This document shows, piece by piece, positions 35,707 to 45,427 of a stretch of DNA of 48,546 nt. The stretch spans positions 1-48,546 of the forward strand of contig JAYODI010000037.1 in the NCBI GenBank assembly GCA_038279365.1. Reading direction: 5' to 3'. Below the pieces are notes generated by a model. It saw only the letters and a program-made list of their open reading frames with translations. It was not told the origin of the DNA and did no database searches. Made by a program: the position numbers and the translations under genes. Source of the DNA: Candidatus Latescibacterota bacterium (GTDB lineage Bacteria; Latescibacterota; UBA2968). The number at the start of each line of letters is the position of its first letter. Positions within the stretch are counted from its first letter, which is position 1.

Positions 35707-36933
35707 ATGGCAAAGATTAATGCAAATTACGATAAGTTGGCTGCTGGTTATTTGTTTCCCGAAATTGCACGTCGCACACGGGCCTTTTTAGATGCCCATG
35801 CGGGTGTGAGTGTGATGCGATTGGGCATTGGTAACACAACTGAGCCATTAACCCCGAGTGTGATTGCGGGGCTACACGATGCGGTTGATCAAATGGCCAA
35901 TGTGGCAACCTATCGGGGCTATGCCGATGGGGGGGAAGGTGAACCCGAAATGCGCGAAGCCTTGGCCAAACGGTATGGTAAGCGCGGTGTGACGCTGGAC
36001 CCATCGGAAGTGTTTGTGAGCGATGGCGGAAAGCCCGATTCGGCCAATATTCAATCGATTTTTGGCATTGACAATGTGGTGGCCGTGCAAGACCCCGCAT
36101 ATCCGGTATATGTGGACAGCAATGTGATTGCAGGACGCACGGGCTTGGCCCAAAACGGGCAATATGAAGGGCTTGTGTATATGCCTTGTACGGAAGACAA
36201 CGATTTCTTCCCTGAGTTGCCCAAGCAGAAAGTGGATCTCATTTATATTTGCAGCCCCAACAACCCCACCGGTACAGTTGCAACCAAAGCACAGCTTGAA
36301 ACGTTTGTTGCATATGCAAGGGAACATAAAGCTGTGATTATTTTTGATGCGGCTTATGCCGGCTACATTTCGGACCCCGATTTGCCCAAGAGCATTTATG
36401 AGATTGATGGGGCCAAAGAATGTGCGATAGAACTTAACAGTTTTTCAAAAGACACTGGGTTTACGGGGGTGCGGTTGGGCTGGAGTGTGGTGCCAAAAGA
36501 ATTGGTTGTAGAAGGCACGGCACCGGGCAAAGTAAACGCACTTTGGAACCGCAGACAGAACACCTTTTTTAATGGGGCATCCAATATCATTCAGTTGGGC
36601 GCTTTGTCGGTCTTTACGGAAGCGGGTGAGCGTGAGTGCAATGAGATGATTGCATATTATATGGAAAATGCACGCATTATCCGCGAAGGTTTAGAAAGCA
36701 TTGGTTTGACTGTGTTTGGCGGTGTTCATGCACCCTATTTGTGGTTGCAAACACCCAATGGTTTGTCATCGTGGGAATTTTTCGACAAGTTGCTTTCTGA
36801 AACCTATGTGGTGGGTACACCGGGTGCCGGATTTGGACCTGCAGGTGAAGGGTATTTCCGACTCAGTTCTTTTGGGCATCGTGAAAATATCCAAACAGCG
36901 GTTGAAAGCATTAAGACCAATTTGAAATTGTAA
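35707..36933 (+). CDS. dapL: LL-diaminopimelate aminotransferase
   Basis: 'YLFPEI', 'LGIG', 'SDGGK', '[12 protein letters not shown]', 'SPNNPTG', 'SFSK.GFTGVR', 'FNGAS'. Confidence 0.93.
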   Translation: MAKINANYDKLAAGYLFPEIARRTRAFLDAHAGVSVMRLGIGNTTEPLTPSVIAGLHDAVDQMANVATYRGYADGGEGEPEMREALAKRYGKRGVTLDPSEVFVSDGGKPDSANIQSIFGIDNVVAVQDPAYPVYVDSNVIAGRTGLAQNGQYEGLVYMPCTEDNDFFPELPKQKVDLIYICSPNNPTGTVATKAQLETFVAYAREHKAVIIFDAAYAGYISDPDLPKSIYEIDGAKECAIELNSFSKDTGFTGVRLGWSVVPKELVVEGTAPGKVNALWNRRQNTFFNGASNIIQLGALSVFTEAGERECNEMIAYYMENARIIREGLESIGLTVFGGVHAPYLWLQTPNGLSSWEFFDKLLSETYVVGTPGAGFGPAGEGYFRLSSFGHRENIQTAVESIKTNLKL

Positions 36934-36993
36934 TGATTGTGTCTCCCACTCCCTCAATCTGGGAGTGGGAGCATAAACCCGTGGGTGCTTTGT

Positions 36994-37944
36994 ATGATTC
37001 GTTTTCTTCGCATAAGTGTGTGTATTATGTTGTTGTCTGGTTCGATATGCGCACAAGTGCGGGTGTCGTTTCAACACGAAAAAGTGATTGGCACACGGGG
37101 GAATGGCCCGGGTCAATTTTTAGAGCCCAATGCCATTGCGGTGGATATGACGGGTAATTTGTTTGTGGCCGATACGGGTAATGATCGGATTCAGAAATTG
37201 ACCGCCGATGGGACTTTTTTGCGTGAAGTGGGTGGATTTGGTTGGCAAGATGGGCAATTTAACAAACCCACGGGCATTGCGGCTGGCAAAGGGTTGGAAT
37301 TGTATGTGGCAGACAGCCGCAACAAACGCATTCAAATTTTTAATTTACAATTGTTGTTTGTTGGGGTTATTGGTGGCAGTGGCACCGAAGGGTCACCCGA
37401 ATTTGGTGAATTGAGCCGCGTGACTTTAACCGATGCCGATGAAGTTTTTGTAACCGATATAGATGCCGATCAGTTGGTTCAAATTGATCGGTTTAGCCGC
37501 ATTAACCGAGGTTACAGTGGTTTTGCTTATGACCGTGGGCGGTTGCGCCGCCCCATGGGCATTGCGGTAGATGGGCGTGATGGTGTGTATGTGTGTGATC
37601 GCGAAAATGATCGGGTGGTCATGTTTAACCGGTCTGGCAGTTTAAAACGGAGCTTGGGAGAAGATGTGTTGGTCGAGCCACGTGGGGTGTGTTTGACCCC
37701 CGACAAGATGCTGGTTGTGGCCGATTCGGGGCATCATCGCATTGTGGTATTTGACACCCAATCAGGGCGCGTGGTGGGGCATTTAGGTGGGCCCGATTCG
37801 GGCAAGGGACCGATGTCTTTTCGCAACCCGAGTGATGTGGTCTATGGTAAGGCAGGCGCTTTGTATGTTTTGGATTCGGGCAACAATCGCATTGTGCATT
37901 TGAAAATGCAGGTTTCAAGACAAGAGGGCAAGTCAGGCGATTAG
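36994..37944 (+). CDS. Secreted NHL-repeat beta-propeller protein
   Basis: Signal peptide; repeated 'G.F..P.GIA.D...YVAD..N.RI'. Confidence 0.85.
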   Translation: MIRFLRISVCIMLLSGSICAQVRVSFQHEKVIGTRGNGPGQFLEPNAIAVDMTGNLFVADTGNDRIQKLTADGTFLREVGGFGWQDGQFNKPTGIAAGKGLELYVADSRNKRIQIFNLQLLFVGVIGGSGTEGSPEFGELSRVTLTDADEVFVTDIDADQLVQIDRFSRINRGYSGFAYDRGRLRRPMGIAVDGRDGVYVCDRENDRVVMFNRSGSLKRSLGEDVLVEPRGVCLTPDKMLVVADSGHHRIVVFDTQSGRVVGHLGGPDSGKGPMSFRNPSDVVYGKAGALYVLDSGNNRIVHLKMQVSRQEGKSGD

Positions 37945-38020
37945 AACGGGTGTGTGCATCATTTATTTTTATGATTTTATGGTCTTGAGGTTCGATATTG
38001 ATACCACGTGTAAATTGAGG

Positions 38021-38056
38021 GCGGGATGTTCCGATGAGGGATGTCCCTTTTTTTTT
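38021..38056 (+). terminator. Probable intrinsic terminator / attenuator
   Basis: GGGATGTTCC / GGGATGTCCC stem with G-U pairs, followed by a long T run. Confidence 0.55.
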
Positions 38057-38093
38057 GAGTGCTTGGGTGTTTGGGCTTGAAAGGTATCCGTGA

Positions 38094-41000
38094 ATGCTTT
38101 GGCGTGTGTCCATTTTGATATGGCTATTTTTTACGGGTAATGTTTATGCCGATGTGCCCCCACCCGAGGTGTGGACGCTGTTTGATGGTGAGGTGCGTTT
38201 AAAAGCCGATGGCAGCCGAGGGCCTTATCGCATTGCTGATCGAGAAATTGAGGCACATGCTGTTCAGGTTTGGGTGGGGGGCGTGCTTCAGGAGAGAGAC
38301 CGTGATTACGTGGTTTTACCTGTTCGCGCACAGGTGACATTTTTGAAGCAGATTAATCGAGGCGAAGATCTTGTCATTCGCTTTCGGCAAGTGCCCCAGG
38401 TGGGAGGATCGGTTTATCGGCGGCGTGTGTTTGTTGAGGAAACGGAACAAACGATGGGTGCTGTAGCTTCTGTTCAGCGTCGTGCACCGGTGATGCACAC
38501 ACCAGAGGAACCTTCTAAGCTTGAAATGGGGGGCAGCAAAAGTATTGAAGTGACGGTTGGGTCTGGGCAAAATCATCGTGTGAGTCAAGCTTTGCAAATG
38601 CATATTGCAGGTGAAGTGAGCGATGGGGTATCGGTGTTGGCGATTTTGTCTGATCGCAATTTGCCTTTGGGTGAGCAGGGCAGTACGGTGGGATTGCGTG
38701 AGTTGGATCGGGTTTTGTTTCAGGTGCGCGGCCCCGATGTGGCGGCGGATTTGGGCGATTTGGATGTGCGATTTGATCGCACACAGTTGGGGCGTTACAG
38801 AAGACAATTACAAGGCGCACAGGTAATGGTGGATCATTCCGTGGGCCAATTTTTGGCGATTGGGGCTGTGTCGCGTGGGCAATGGCGCACACATCGTGTG
38901 GTGGGTATTGAAGGCTACCAAGGGCCTTACCAACTTCCTGGTGCCAGTGGGTTTTTGAGCACCATTGTGGCAGAATCGGAACGGGTGTTTTTAAATGGGC
39001 AATTGCTCAATCGGGGTGAACAATTGGATTATGTTATGGATTATGAGCGTGGTATCATCCGCTTTGCCCCTGAGCAACCCATTGTGGCGTCCAGCCGAAT
39101 TTTGGTGGAATATCAAATTTTGGATGAAGGTGCTCAAAGTCGTTTGGTGGGGTTTGATGGGGCGGTATCTTTGGGTAAAAATGGTTGGTCTGTGGGATCC
39201 ACTTTGATTCGTGAAAGTGATCAAGTGATCCTTGCGGGCATTGAAACGCCAGGGTTATCTGGCACGCATCGACAAGTAGCGGGTTTGGATGCTACTTTTG
39301 CGCCGAGAGATGGGGTAAAACTGATAAGCCAAGTGGTTTGGAGCGATGATGGCAATCAAAAAGGCCATGCTGTGGATGTGGATGGTCTGTGGACGTCGGA
39401 TTGGCAAAATGAAAATATGTTGCAAGTGACAGGGCGGTTTCGGCAGGTGAGTGAGGGGTTTGAAGGTTTTGAGCGTTTGGATGTGGGGCAACGTGAAGGC
39501 CGTTGGGGGTGGCAACCTGAAACCCGATTTCAAAATGAACGCGAAGGTGAGTTGGGTGTTAAATATACTGTAAGTCACATTTCCCTGAGTGGTTTGTGGG
39601 GGCGGCGCACAGGTGATATGGCGGCAGATCGTCGCGCTTTTGGCATTGGGGTTCCTTTTGGGGCCTATGAATATGAACACTTGGGCCGTTCCGTTGGCGG
39701 GTTGACACGGCAACGGGCGCACTTGGAAGGACAAAAAGGTTTGTTTCGATCGGGTATTCGAGGCACATTGGAATCTGCAGAAGGTGAAGGCGTGCCAAGT
39801 GCATCGGTGTTTTATGCCACAGATCCGCAAGCGTTTGCATTAGATGGTATTCGTTTGGGTGAGGTGACTTGGGATGTGGCTGTGGGGCAGAACAAATGGA
39901 ACTGGCGGTCTGAATGGCGGGTCAGGCAAATACGACAGAAAAAAACCGTGTGGCAAGATTCTTTGCAAGCTTGGTCACATACCCATCAGGCCAAGGTCGA
40001 TTGGCATAGGTGGTCGGTGTCGGGGCTGTATGGTCAAACGGTGAGTCATTTGGGGGCCGTTGCGATCACTCGGCGGGTTACGCATTTGGGGCGCACCCGT
40101 GTAAATTATTCGGGAAGAGGATATTCGCATCAAATTTTTTACCGCATTTCAAGCTCGGGAGTGGAAAAACGTCAGCCCATTTATGTGGATGTGGGGCGTG
40201 GTTTGGGGTCTTATGTGTGGGAGGATGTGGATGGTGATGGTGAAAAAGATGCTGAAGAATTTGTGCCTGATGTAGATGGCAATTATGAACCTGTGTATCC
40301 GGCGGGAACTGGTTTTTTACCTGCTCGTGAAGGGGTGTTGGGAATGCGCATTGAAACCGACTTGGGGCGTTTGTTCAATCGGTCGTTGGGGTTTGTCTCT
40401 GGGGTGTCAGTGGATGCATCTGTGAATGCAGAGCGTCAGGTCATTTCCAATGCGATTGGGCCGTGGCATTTGTTGGGTGTAGAAGAAAAACCCGATATAC
40501 AAATGGCGCAGCGCGACGGGCAGGTGCGCTTGCACATTTTTCGATATCACAAACGCGGGTCTTTGCGCATTTCTGGGCAAGTGCGAGACCGTGTGGATCG
40601 GTTTTTTTATGGCGGTGGGCGCACGTCTTTGCGCCAGGCCAGTTTGGGTGGACGATTGCGCTTGGGGCGCGAGGGTGACTTAGATGGTGAGGTGACAACA
40701 CAGTGGCACAAGCGCACAGGTACTGAGGTCTTTGCATTTTCCATTCGGTCTTATTCGGGGCAAGGGCGTGGTTCTTGGCGTGTGTCACAAGACTGGGATA
40801 TGCGATTGGGGGTGTTGGGGGGGCGCGATGATGACGCTCAGCGCGACTTACGGGTGCATTATATTTCATTGCAACCCGAAGTGATTCGCAAATTAGCGGG
40901 GCGGGGCCGTTTGCGTGGGCGTGTGGATTGGACAAAGATGACTGCAACTGGCGATGTGCCTCTTTTTTTAGGTATGGCCAATGGCAATCGGGTGGGGCAA

Positions 41001-41135
41001 AATTGGGTGTGGCGGTTGGGTGTCGATTATCGATTTGGGCGATATGTGACCGCTTTGGTGTCTTATGATGGTCGCAAGCGGCCCACATTGCCTGTGGTTC
41101 ATTTGGGGCGGATGGAAATGCGAGCCGTGTTTTAA
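38094..41135 (+). CDS. Large exported protein, probable outer-membrane beta-barrel (FCB-type conserved hypothetical)
   Basis: Signal peptide, amphipathic beta strands, C-terminal Phe; 'QGPY.L..I...SERV.LNG..L.RG...DY..DY..G.I.F' module; DxDGDG loop. Confidence 0.7.
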   Translation: MLWRVSILIWLFFTGNVYADVPPPEVWTLFDGEVRLKADGSRGPYRIADREIEAHAVQVWVGGVLQERDRDYVVLPVRAQVTFLKQINRGEDLVIRFRQVPQVGGSVYRRRVFVEETEQTMGAVASVQRRAPVMHTPEEPSKLEMGGSKSIEVTVGSGQNHRVSQALQMHIAGEVSDGVSVLAILSDRNLPLGEQGSTVGLRELDRVLFQVRGPDVAADLGDLDVRFDRTQLGRYRRQLQGAQVMVDHSVGQFLAIGAVSRGQWRTHRVVGIEGYQGPYQLPGASGFLSTIVAESERVFLNGQLLNRGEQLDYVMDYERGIIRFAPEQPIVASSRILVEYQILDEGAQSRLVGFDGAVSLGKNGWSVGSTLIRESDQVILAGIETPGLSGTHRQVAGLDATFAPRDGVKLISQVVWSDDGNQKGHAVDVDGLWTSDWQNENMLQVTGRFRQVSEGFEGFERLDVGQREGRWGWQPETRFQNEREGELGVKYTVSHISLSGLWGRRTGDMAADRRAFGIGVPFGAYEYEHLGRSVGGLTRQRAHLEGQKGLFRSGIRGTLESAEGEGVPSASVFYATDPQAFALDGIRLGEVTWDVAVGQNKWNWRSEWRVRQIRQKKTVWQDSLQAWSHTHQAKVDWHRWSVSGLYGQTVSHLGAVAITRRVTHLGRTRVNYSGRGYSHQIFYRISSSGVEKRQPIYVDVGRGLGSYVWEDVDGDGEKDAEEFVPDVDGNYEPVYPAGTGFLPAREGVLGMRIETDLGRLFNRSLGFVSGVSVDASVNAERQVISNAIGPWHLLGVEEKPDIQMAQRDGQVRLHIFRYHKRGSLRISGQVRDRVDRFFYGGGRTSLRQASLGGRLRLGREGDLDGEVTTQWHKRTGTEVFAFSIRSYSGQGRGSWRVSQDWDMRLGVLGGRDDDAQRDLRVHYISLQPEVIRKLAGRGRLRGRVDWTKMTATGDVPLFLGMANGNRVGQNWVWRLGVDYRFGRYVTALVSYDGRKRPTLPVVHLGRMEMRAVF

Positions 41136-42841
41136 TGGACAAACGAAATAAAAAATGCGAAGGTGTTTTGCGCTGTGTGGTGGAGGTGTTTTGGATGTTT
41201 GGATGGATAATGGTGTTGTGTGGTTGGGCTGGGGCGCGTTCTTTGACAATTGATGACGTGGTTTTTGATGGCTCGCGTGTTGTTTCTGAAGATGTTTTAC
41301 GCAAAGGGTTGTTGATGCGGTCTGGTATGCCATTGGACAGTGCTTTGGTGGTGGGCGATATGAAACGCATTTTGCTACATTATCAACGCGTGGGTTATTG
41401 GCAAGCGCGGGTGCATTTTCCCGAAGTGGTGACCAAGGGCAATCGGGTGATTTTGCGGTTTCGGATTGAGGAACATTCGCGTACTCAAGTTGAATCTTTG
41501 GACGTGATGGGAGATTCTGTTTTTGCAGCAAAAGAACGAGATGCGAATTTGACCATGCCAGTGGGAACGGTTTTAACAGCTGGACGATTAAATGCACAAA
41601 TGGAAACGCTTTTGCAATTTTACGAAAATCGTGGTTATCCATTTTGTGCGTTGAAACCAGGTGTGATATTTGTAGAAGACAATGCACGTGTGGTGGTTGA
41701 TGTGCAATTGGGGCCTTTGTGTGTGGTGGATACGGTTGCTTTTGAGGGCAATGCGCTGACACGCGCAGATGTGTTGTTGCGAGAAATGCGTTTGATAATG
41801 GGCGAGGTATACGATCAGCGCAAGGTGGATCGGGCGATGCGGTATTTGCGTCGTTTGCGATTTTTAAATTTTGTCGATGAGCCCGATGTGCGTCGAGAGG
41901 GTGATGTGACAACTTTGGTTATACGTGTGCAAGAAGCGCGTACGGCACGGGTGGAAGGCAGTGTGGGGTATGCAGGGGAAGGACGTGGGGTTACTGGGGC
42001 TTTTGCATTGGATATTCACAATGTGGCTGGGGCTGGGCGTTTGGGGCAGGTGGCTTGGCAAAGAACGGGTGAAGGGGCATCTGATTTGCAAATACGACTT
42101 GAAGAACCGTGGATGTTGAACAGACCGTTTTCGGCCCATTTTGAGTTGGACATGCGAGAAAGATTGGGGTATTCGGAGTGGGGGGTGGGCATTGGGGCCA
42201 CGGTGCGTGCTTGGGAGGGGCGAACGGTTTGGGGCCAAGTATCTCGTGGGCGTGTGGTGCCCGATTCGTTGGGGTTTGGTGTGTATGAACCGAGCAAGCG
42301 GTGGGCGATGACAGTGGGGGGGGCGTTTGATGTGCGTGATGATGTGTGGAACCCAAGGCACGGATGGGTGGGCGATACGTCTTTGGAATTGAGCCGTGTT
42401 GCGGTGGGGGGGATATCTGTGGTTCGGCGGTTGCACACGGCACATGTAGAGGTCATTTTGCCTCGGGGCGTTAGATCGGTCGGGGCGTGGGCGGGGCAGG
42501 GGCAATGGGTGTCACAAGGGGGTGGGGTACCCAATGAGGCACGTATTCGGGTGGGAGGTGCTCGTTCGATACGGGGGTATCGGGAAGAAGCCTTTTTGGC
42601 CACTGAAGTGGGGTGGGGGGCTTTGGAATGGCGCTATCTTATAGGGGCGCGTTCACGATTGTTTGGGTTTGTTGATGCGGGGATTTTAAGAGATATAACG
42701 GGGCGTGTGGTGCCTATTGGATATGGTGTGGGCATGGTTTTGCAGTCAAAAATGGGCATGGTTGGATTTGATGTGGGGTGGGCAAGAGCCGATGGTTTTG
42801 GCGATGGAAAAGTACACGTGCGGGTTGTCAATTCATTTTAA
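41135..42841 (+). CDS. Omp85/BamA-TamA family outer-membrane protein with POTRA domains
   Basis: POTRA motifs ('Y...GY', 'FEGN..TR..VL.RE'), 'GG..SIRGYRE', C-terminal F; TAATG overlap with the upstream gene; true start may lie slightly downstream. Confidence 0.85.
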   Translation: MDKRNKKCEGVLRCVVEVFWMFGWIMVLCGWAGARSLTIDDVVFDGSRVVSEDVLRKGLLMRSGMPLDSALVVGDMKRILLHYQRVGYWQARVHFPEVVTKGNRVILRFRIEEHSRTQVESLDVMGDSVFAAKERDANLTMPVGTVLTAGRLNAQMETLLQFYENRGYPFCALKPGVIFVEDNARVVVDVQLGPLCVVDTVAFEGNALTRADVLLREMRLIMGEVYDQRKVDRAMRYLRRLRFLNFVDEPDVRREGDVTTLVIRVQEARTARVEGSVGYAGEGRGVTGAFALDIHNVAGAGRLGQVAWQRTGEGASDLQIRLEEPWMLNRPFSAHFELDMRERLGYSEWGVGIGATVRAWEGRTVWGQVSRGRVVPDSLGFGVYEPSKRWAMTVGGAFDVRDDVWNPRHGWVGDTSLELSRVAVGGISVVRRLHTAHVEVILPRGVRSVGAWAGQGQWVSQGGGVPNEARIRVGGARSIRGYREEAFLATEVGWGALEWRYLIGARSRLFGFVDAGILRDITGRVVPIGYGVGMVLQSKMGMVGFDVGWARADGFGDGKVHVRVVNSF

Positions 42842-42866
42842 TCAATTGGAAAATTTGGAGGAACGG

Positions 42867-43193
42867 ATGGATTGTTTTAAAGATTATAGAGATTTTGTGG
42901 GCAGCAGACCGGAAAATTTTTTTAAATCGACCTTGTTTGAGAGTGGGCGTTTGATGTTGGGGCTCAATTGCCTTGAGCCTGGCCAAGAGCAGGCTGTTCA
43001 TGCCCACGATGGGCAAGACAAGTTCTATTTTGTCTTAGAAGGTGAGGGTGTGTTTACGGTGGGTGAGGTGGTGCAAACGGCAGGTGAGGGGATGACGGTG
43101 TGGGCACCTGAAGGGGTGGATCATGGGGTGCGCAATGCAGGTGATACCCGTTTGGTGGTGTTGATGGGTATGGCACCTGCACCAGGGCATTAA
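42867..43193 (+). CDS. Cupin domain protein
   Basis: 'LEPGQEQAVHAHDGQDKFYFVLEGEG', 'P.GVDHGVRN'; GGAGG SD. Confidence 0.85.
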   Translation: MDCFKDYRDFVGSRPENFFKSTLFESGRLMLGLNCLEPGQEQAVHAHDGQDKFYFVLEGEGVFTVGEVVQTAGEGMTVWAPEGVDHGVRNAGDTRLVVLMGMAPAPGH

Positions 43194-43208
43194 GGACACG
43201 TCGTTTTC

Positions 43209-44030
43209 TTAAGTGAAAAATGGGAACAATGTGGGCAAGTTGCTCTTGGTGAGTTGCCCGCCATATTCGCAGACTTCGAAGGCTTCGGCATATTGAATGG
43301 CGTTGCCCCGTTCTTTTCCATAAAGACGAATGAGTAAGTCGCGGTTTTGGTTGGCCATGTTTTTAAATGGGGTGAGGCGGTGTTCGAGCCATTGTCGTCT
43401 GTCGGCAGGCGTTTTGGGCACTTGGTCTAAGACGCCTGCATTAAATGGCAACCATTCGTACATTTGAGAGGCGTGGCAATGGAGCATGTCCATTTTCTTT
43501 TCGATAACTTCATCTATGCCAATGGCAACATCTGCCACAAATGGGGCGGGTTTTTGGAAGTTGTCGCTTAAGTAGGCAATGACAGGGTTATAAGATAGGG
43601 CTGGGGTGTCGGTGCAAATGTTGGGCACTGTCACCATATAGGCCGAGTCTTGCACCAACATGGCTGTGTATCGGTGGTCGGGGTGATAGTCGTTTGGCCG
43701 ATGGGTTAATATGAGATCGGGCACAAAGCTTCGAATGTGTCGAATTATTTTTTTTCTGTTTTCAAGCGTGGGTTCCAACTCGCCGTCGTGGTTGTCTAAT
43801 ACGTGATACTCAATGCCGGCAACGGCCCCGGCAGCTTGGGCTTCTGCTCGGCGCCTGCGGGCCAATTCGCCACCACCTATTTCGTGATGCCCAGCATCGC
43901 CATTGGTGACCGATACAAAACGCACGGTGTGCCCCATTTGGCCATAAAGAATACCCACGCCACCGGCTTTGATGTCGCAATCGTCGGGGTGGGCGCCAAA
44001 GACGAGTATTTTGAGTGGTTTTTTTTGCAT
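43209..44030 (-). CDS. PIG-L/LmbE family deacetylase
   Basis: 'GAHPDD', 'TNGDAG', 'RR.EA', 'DYHPDH', 'HASQ', 'YAEAF'. Confidence 0.9.
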   Translation of the reverse strand: MQKKPLKILVFGAHPDDCDIKAGGVGILYGQMGHTVRFVSVTNGDAGHHEIGGGELARRRRAEAQAAGAVAGIEYHVLDNHDGELEPTLENRKKIIRHIRSFVPDLILTHRPNDYHPDHRYTAMLVQDSAYMVTVPNICTDTPALSYNPVIAYLSDNFQKPAPFVADVAIGIDEVIEKKMDMLHCHASQMYEWLPFNAGVLDQVPKTPADRRQWLEHRLTPFKNMANQNRDLLIRLYGKERGNAIQYAEAFEVCEYGGQLTKSNLPTLFPFFT

Positions 44031-44113
44031 AAGAACGCTCCAGATCAAATTTGAGATCAGCCGTATGGCTGGCAATATACGTGTCTTTTATGGTCTTTGC
44101 AAATGCTTATCTT

Positions 44114-45295
44114 TTATTGTGGATGACGCCCGTGAATGCGGTATAAACCAATGCCACAGCCCAAGGCACCAAGACAAAAAAGAAATCCTATGCCAAAAGG
44201 CCAAATAGGCCCCCACTCGATGAGTTTGCCTGCGCCCAAACTGCCCGACAGCATTCCCAAGCTCCAAGACAAATGAGCAGCACCAACCACTCGGCCTTTT
44301 TCGCCTTCGTCGGCAATAAGTTGAATGAGACCAGGCATGGTGGTAGAGAGAGACCACGCCGAAGCGGCGGCAATGATGCCAAAGGTGTAAAGCCCCCAAA
44401 GCGTGTGGCCCGTTAGGGCAAGCCCCAAGGCACTGACCGCAACGAGTGAGGCGGCAATGATGATGGGTTGCCAACGTCCAATGCGGTCGCAAAGACGGCC
44501 GGTAAGAATTTGAAAGAGGGCTGCAATGGAGAGGCTGATGGCTGTAAAGGTGGTGGCGGCGGTGTTGGTGCCACTGAGGCGATAAATGAGCAAGGGCAGC
44601 AAGAGCGTGACGGCTCCCCAATAGCTGGTGGGCAAATAGCGAATGCCCAATAAGAGGCGAATGTCTGCGCGTTTAACCAGTTTGATCAGGCCCGATAAGC
44701 TGCGGTCGCTGCCTTTGGTTTGCGGGGAGGGAATAGCGGGCAATAAGAAGGTGGTGAGCAGGAGCAACCCGATTCCCGATAGGGTGGCACACACCCCAAG
44801 CGATTGAAAACCCAGTGTGTCGGCAATGGGGCCTGCTAGTAAGTTTCCTGCAGCGGCACCCAAGGTATTGCCCAAAAAATATCCGGCAGAAGCCATGCCA
44901 ATAACGGAGGCCGGGGCGGCACTGATGAGGTAACTTTGGCCCCCAGCGCTGTTAAAACCAAAGGAGAGGCCAATACCGGTGCAAAGAAAGGTGAGCAGGA
45001 GCGGGTCACCCGTAAAGAAGATGCTGCCAGTCAGAATGGGGCCCAATACCCCAATCATATAAACGGGCTTGATGCCCCAGCCATCGGCCAACCGACCGGC
45101 GGGCACTGCAAAAACACCACCGAGTATGAGAAATACAGCGCGTAAGCTGGCTGAAAAAATGGGCGCGCGTGCAAGTTCCGATTCGACATAAACGGGCAAC
45201 AAAGAATTGAGTGGTGCGGCAACAAAGCTGCTAAAAAAAGAGATGACCAGTAGGGCGATAAAGCGTTTGTTGAGCAAGGGCGAAAGAGAAGACAT
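44114..45295 (-). CDS. MFS transporter
   Basis: About 12 TM segments; motif A 'GRLADGWG' and 'GRLCDRIGR'. Confidence 0.85.
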   Translation of the reverse strand: MSSLSPLLNKRFIALLVISFFSSFVAAPLNSLLPVYVESELARAPIFSASLRAVFLILGGVFAVPAGRLADGWGIKPVYMIGVLGPILTGSIFFTGDPLLLTFLCTGIGLSFGFNSAGGQSYLISAAPASVIGMASAGYFLGNTLGAAAGNLLAGPIADTLGFQSLGVCATLSGIGLLLLTTFLLPAIPSPQTKGSDRSLSGLIKLVKRADIRLLLGIRYLPTSYWGAVTLLLPLLIYRLSGTNTAATTFTAISLSIAALFQILTGRLCDRIGRWQPIIIAASLVAVSALGLALTGHTLWGLYTFGIIAAASAWSLSTTMPGLIQLIADEGEKGRVVGAAHLSWSLGMLSGSLGAGKLIEWGPIWPFGIGFLFCLGALGCGIGLYRIHGRHPQ

Positions 45296-45427
45296 AAATG
45301 GACTTTCAGGATGAATAAATATTTCAAATATGGCAAGAACCTGTGACCTGTGGACCTGCAATTTTAAGCCTGCGGAATATCGGGGTCGGTGCACACACTG
45401 TCAAGGTTTATGATTGGGAGGAAGAGA

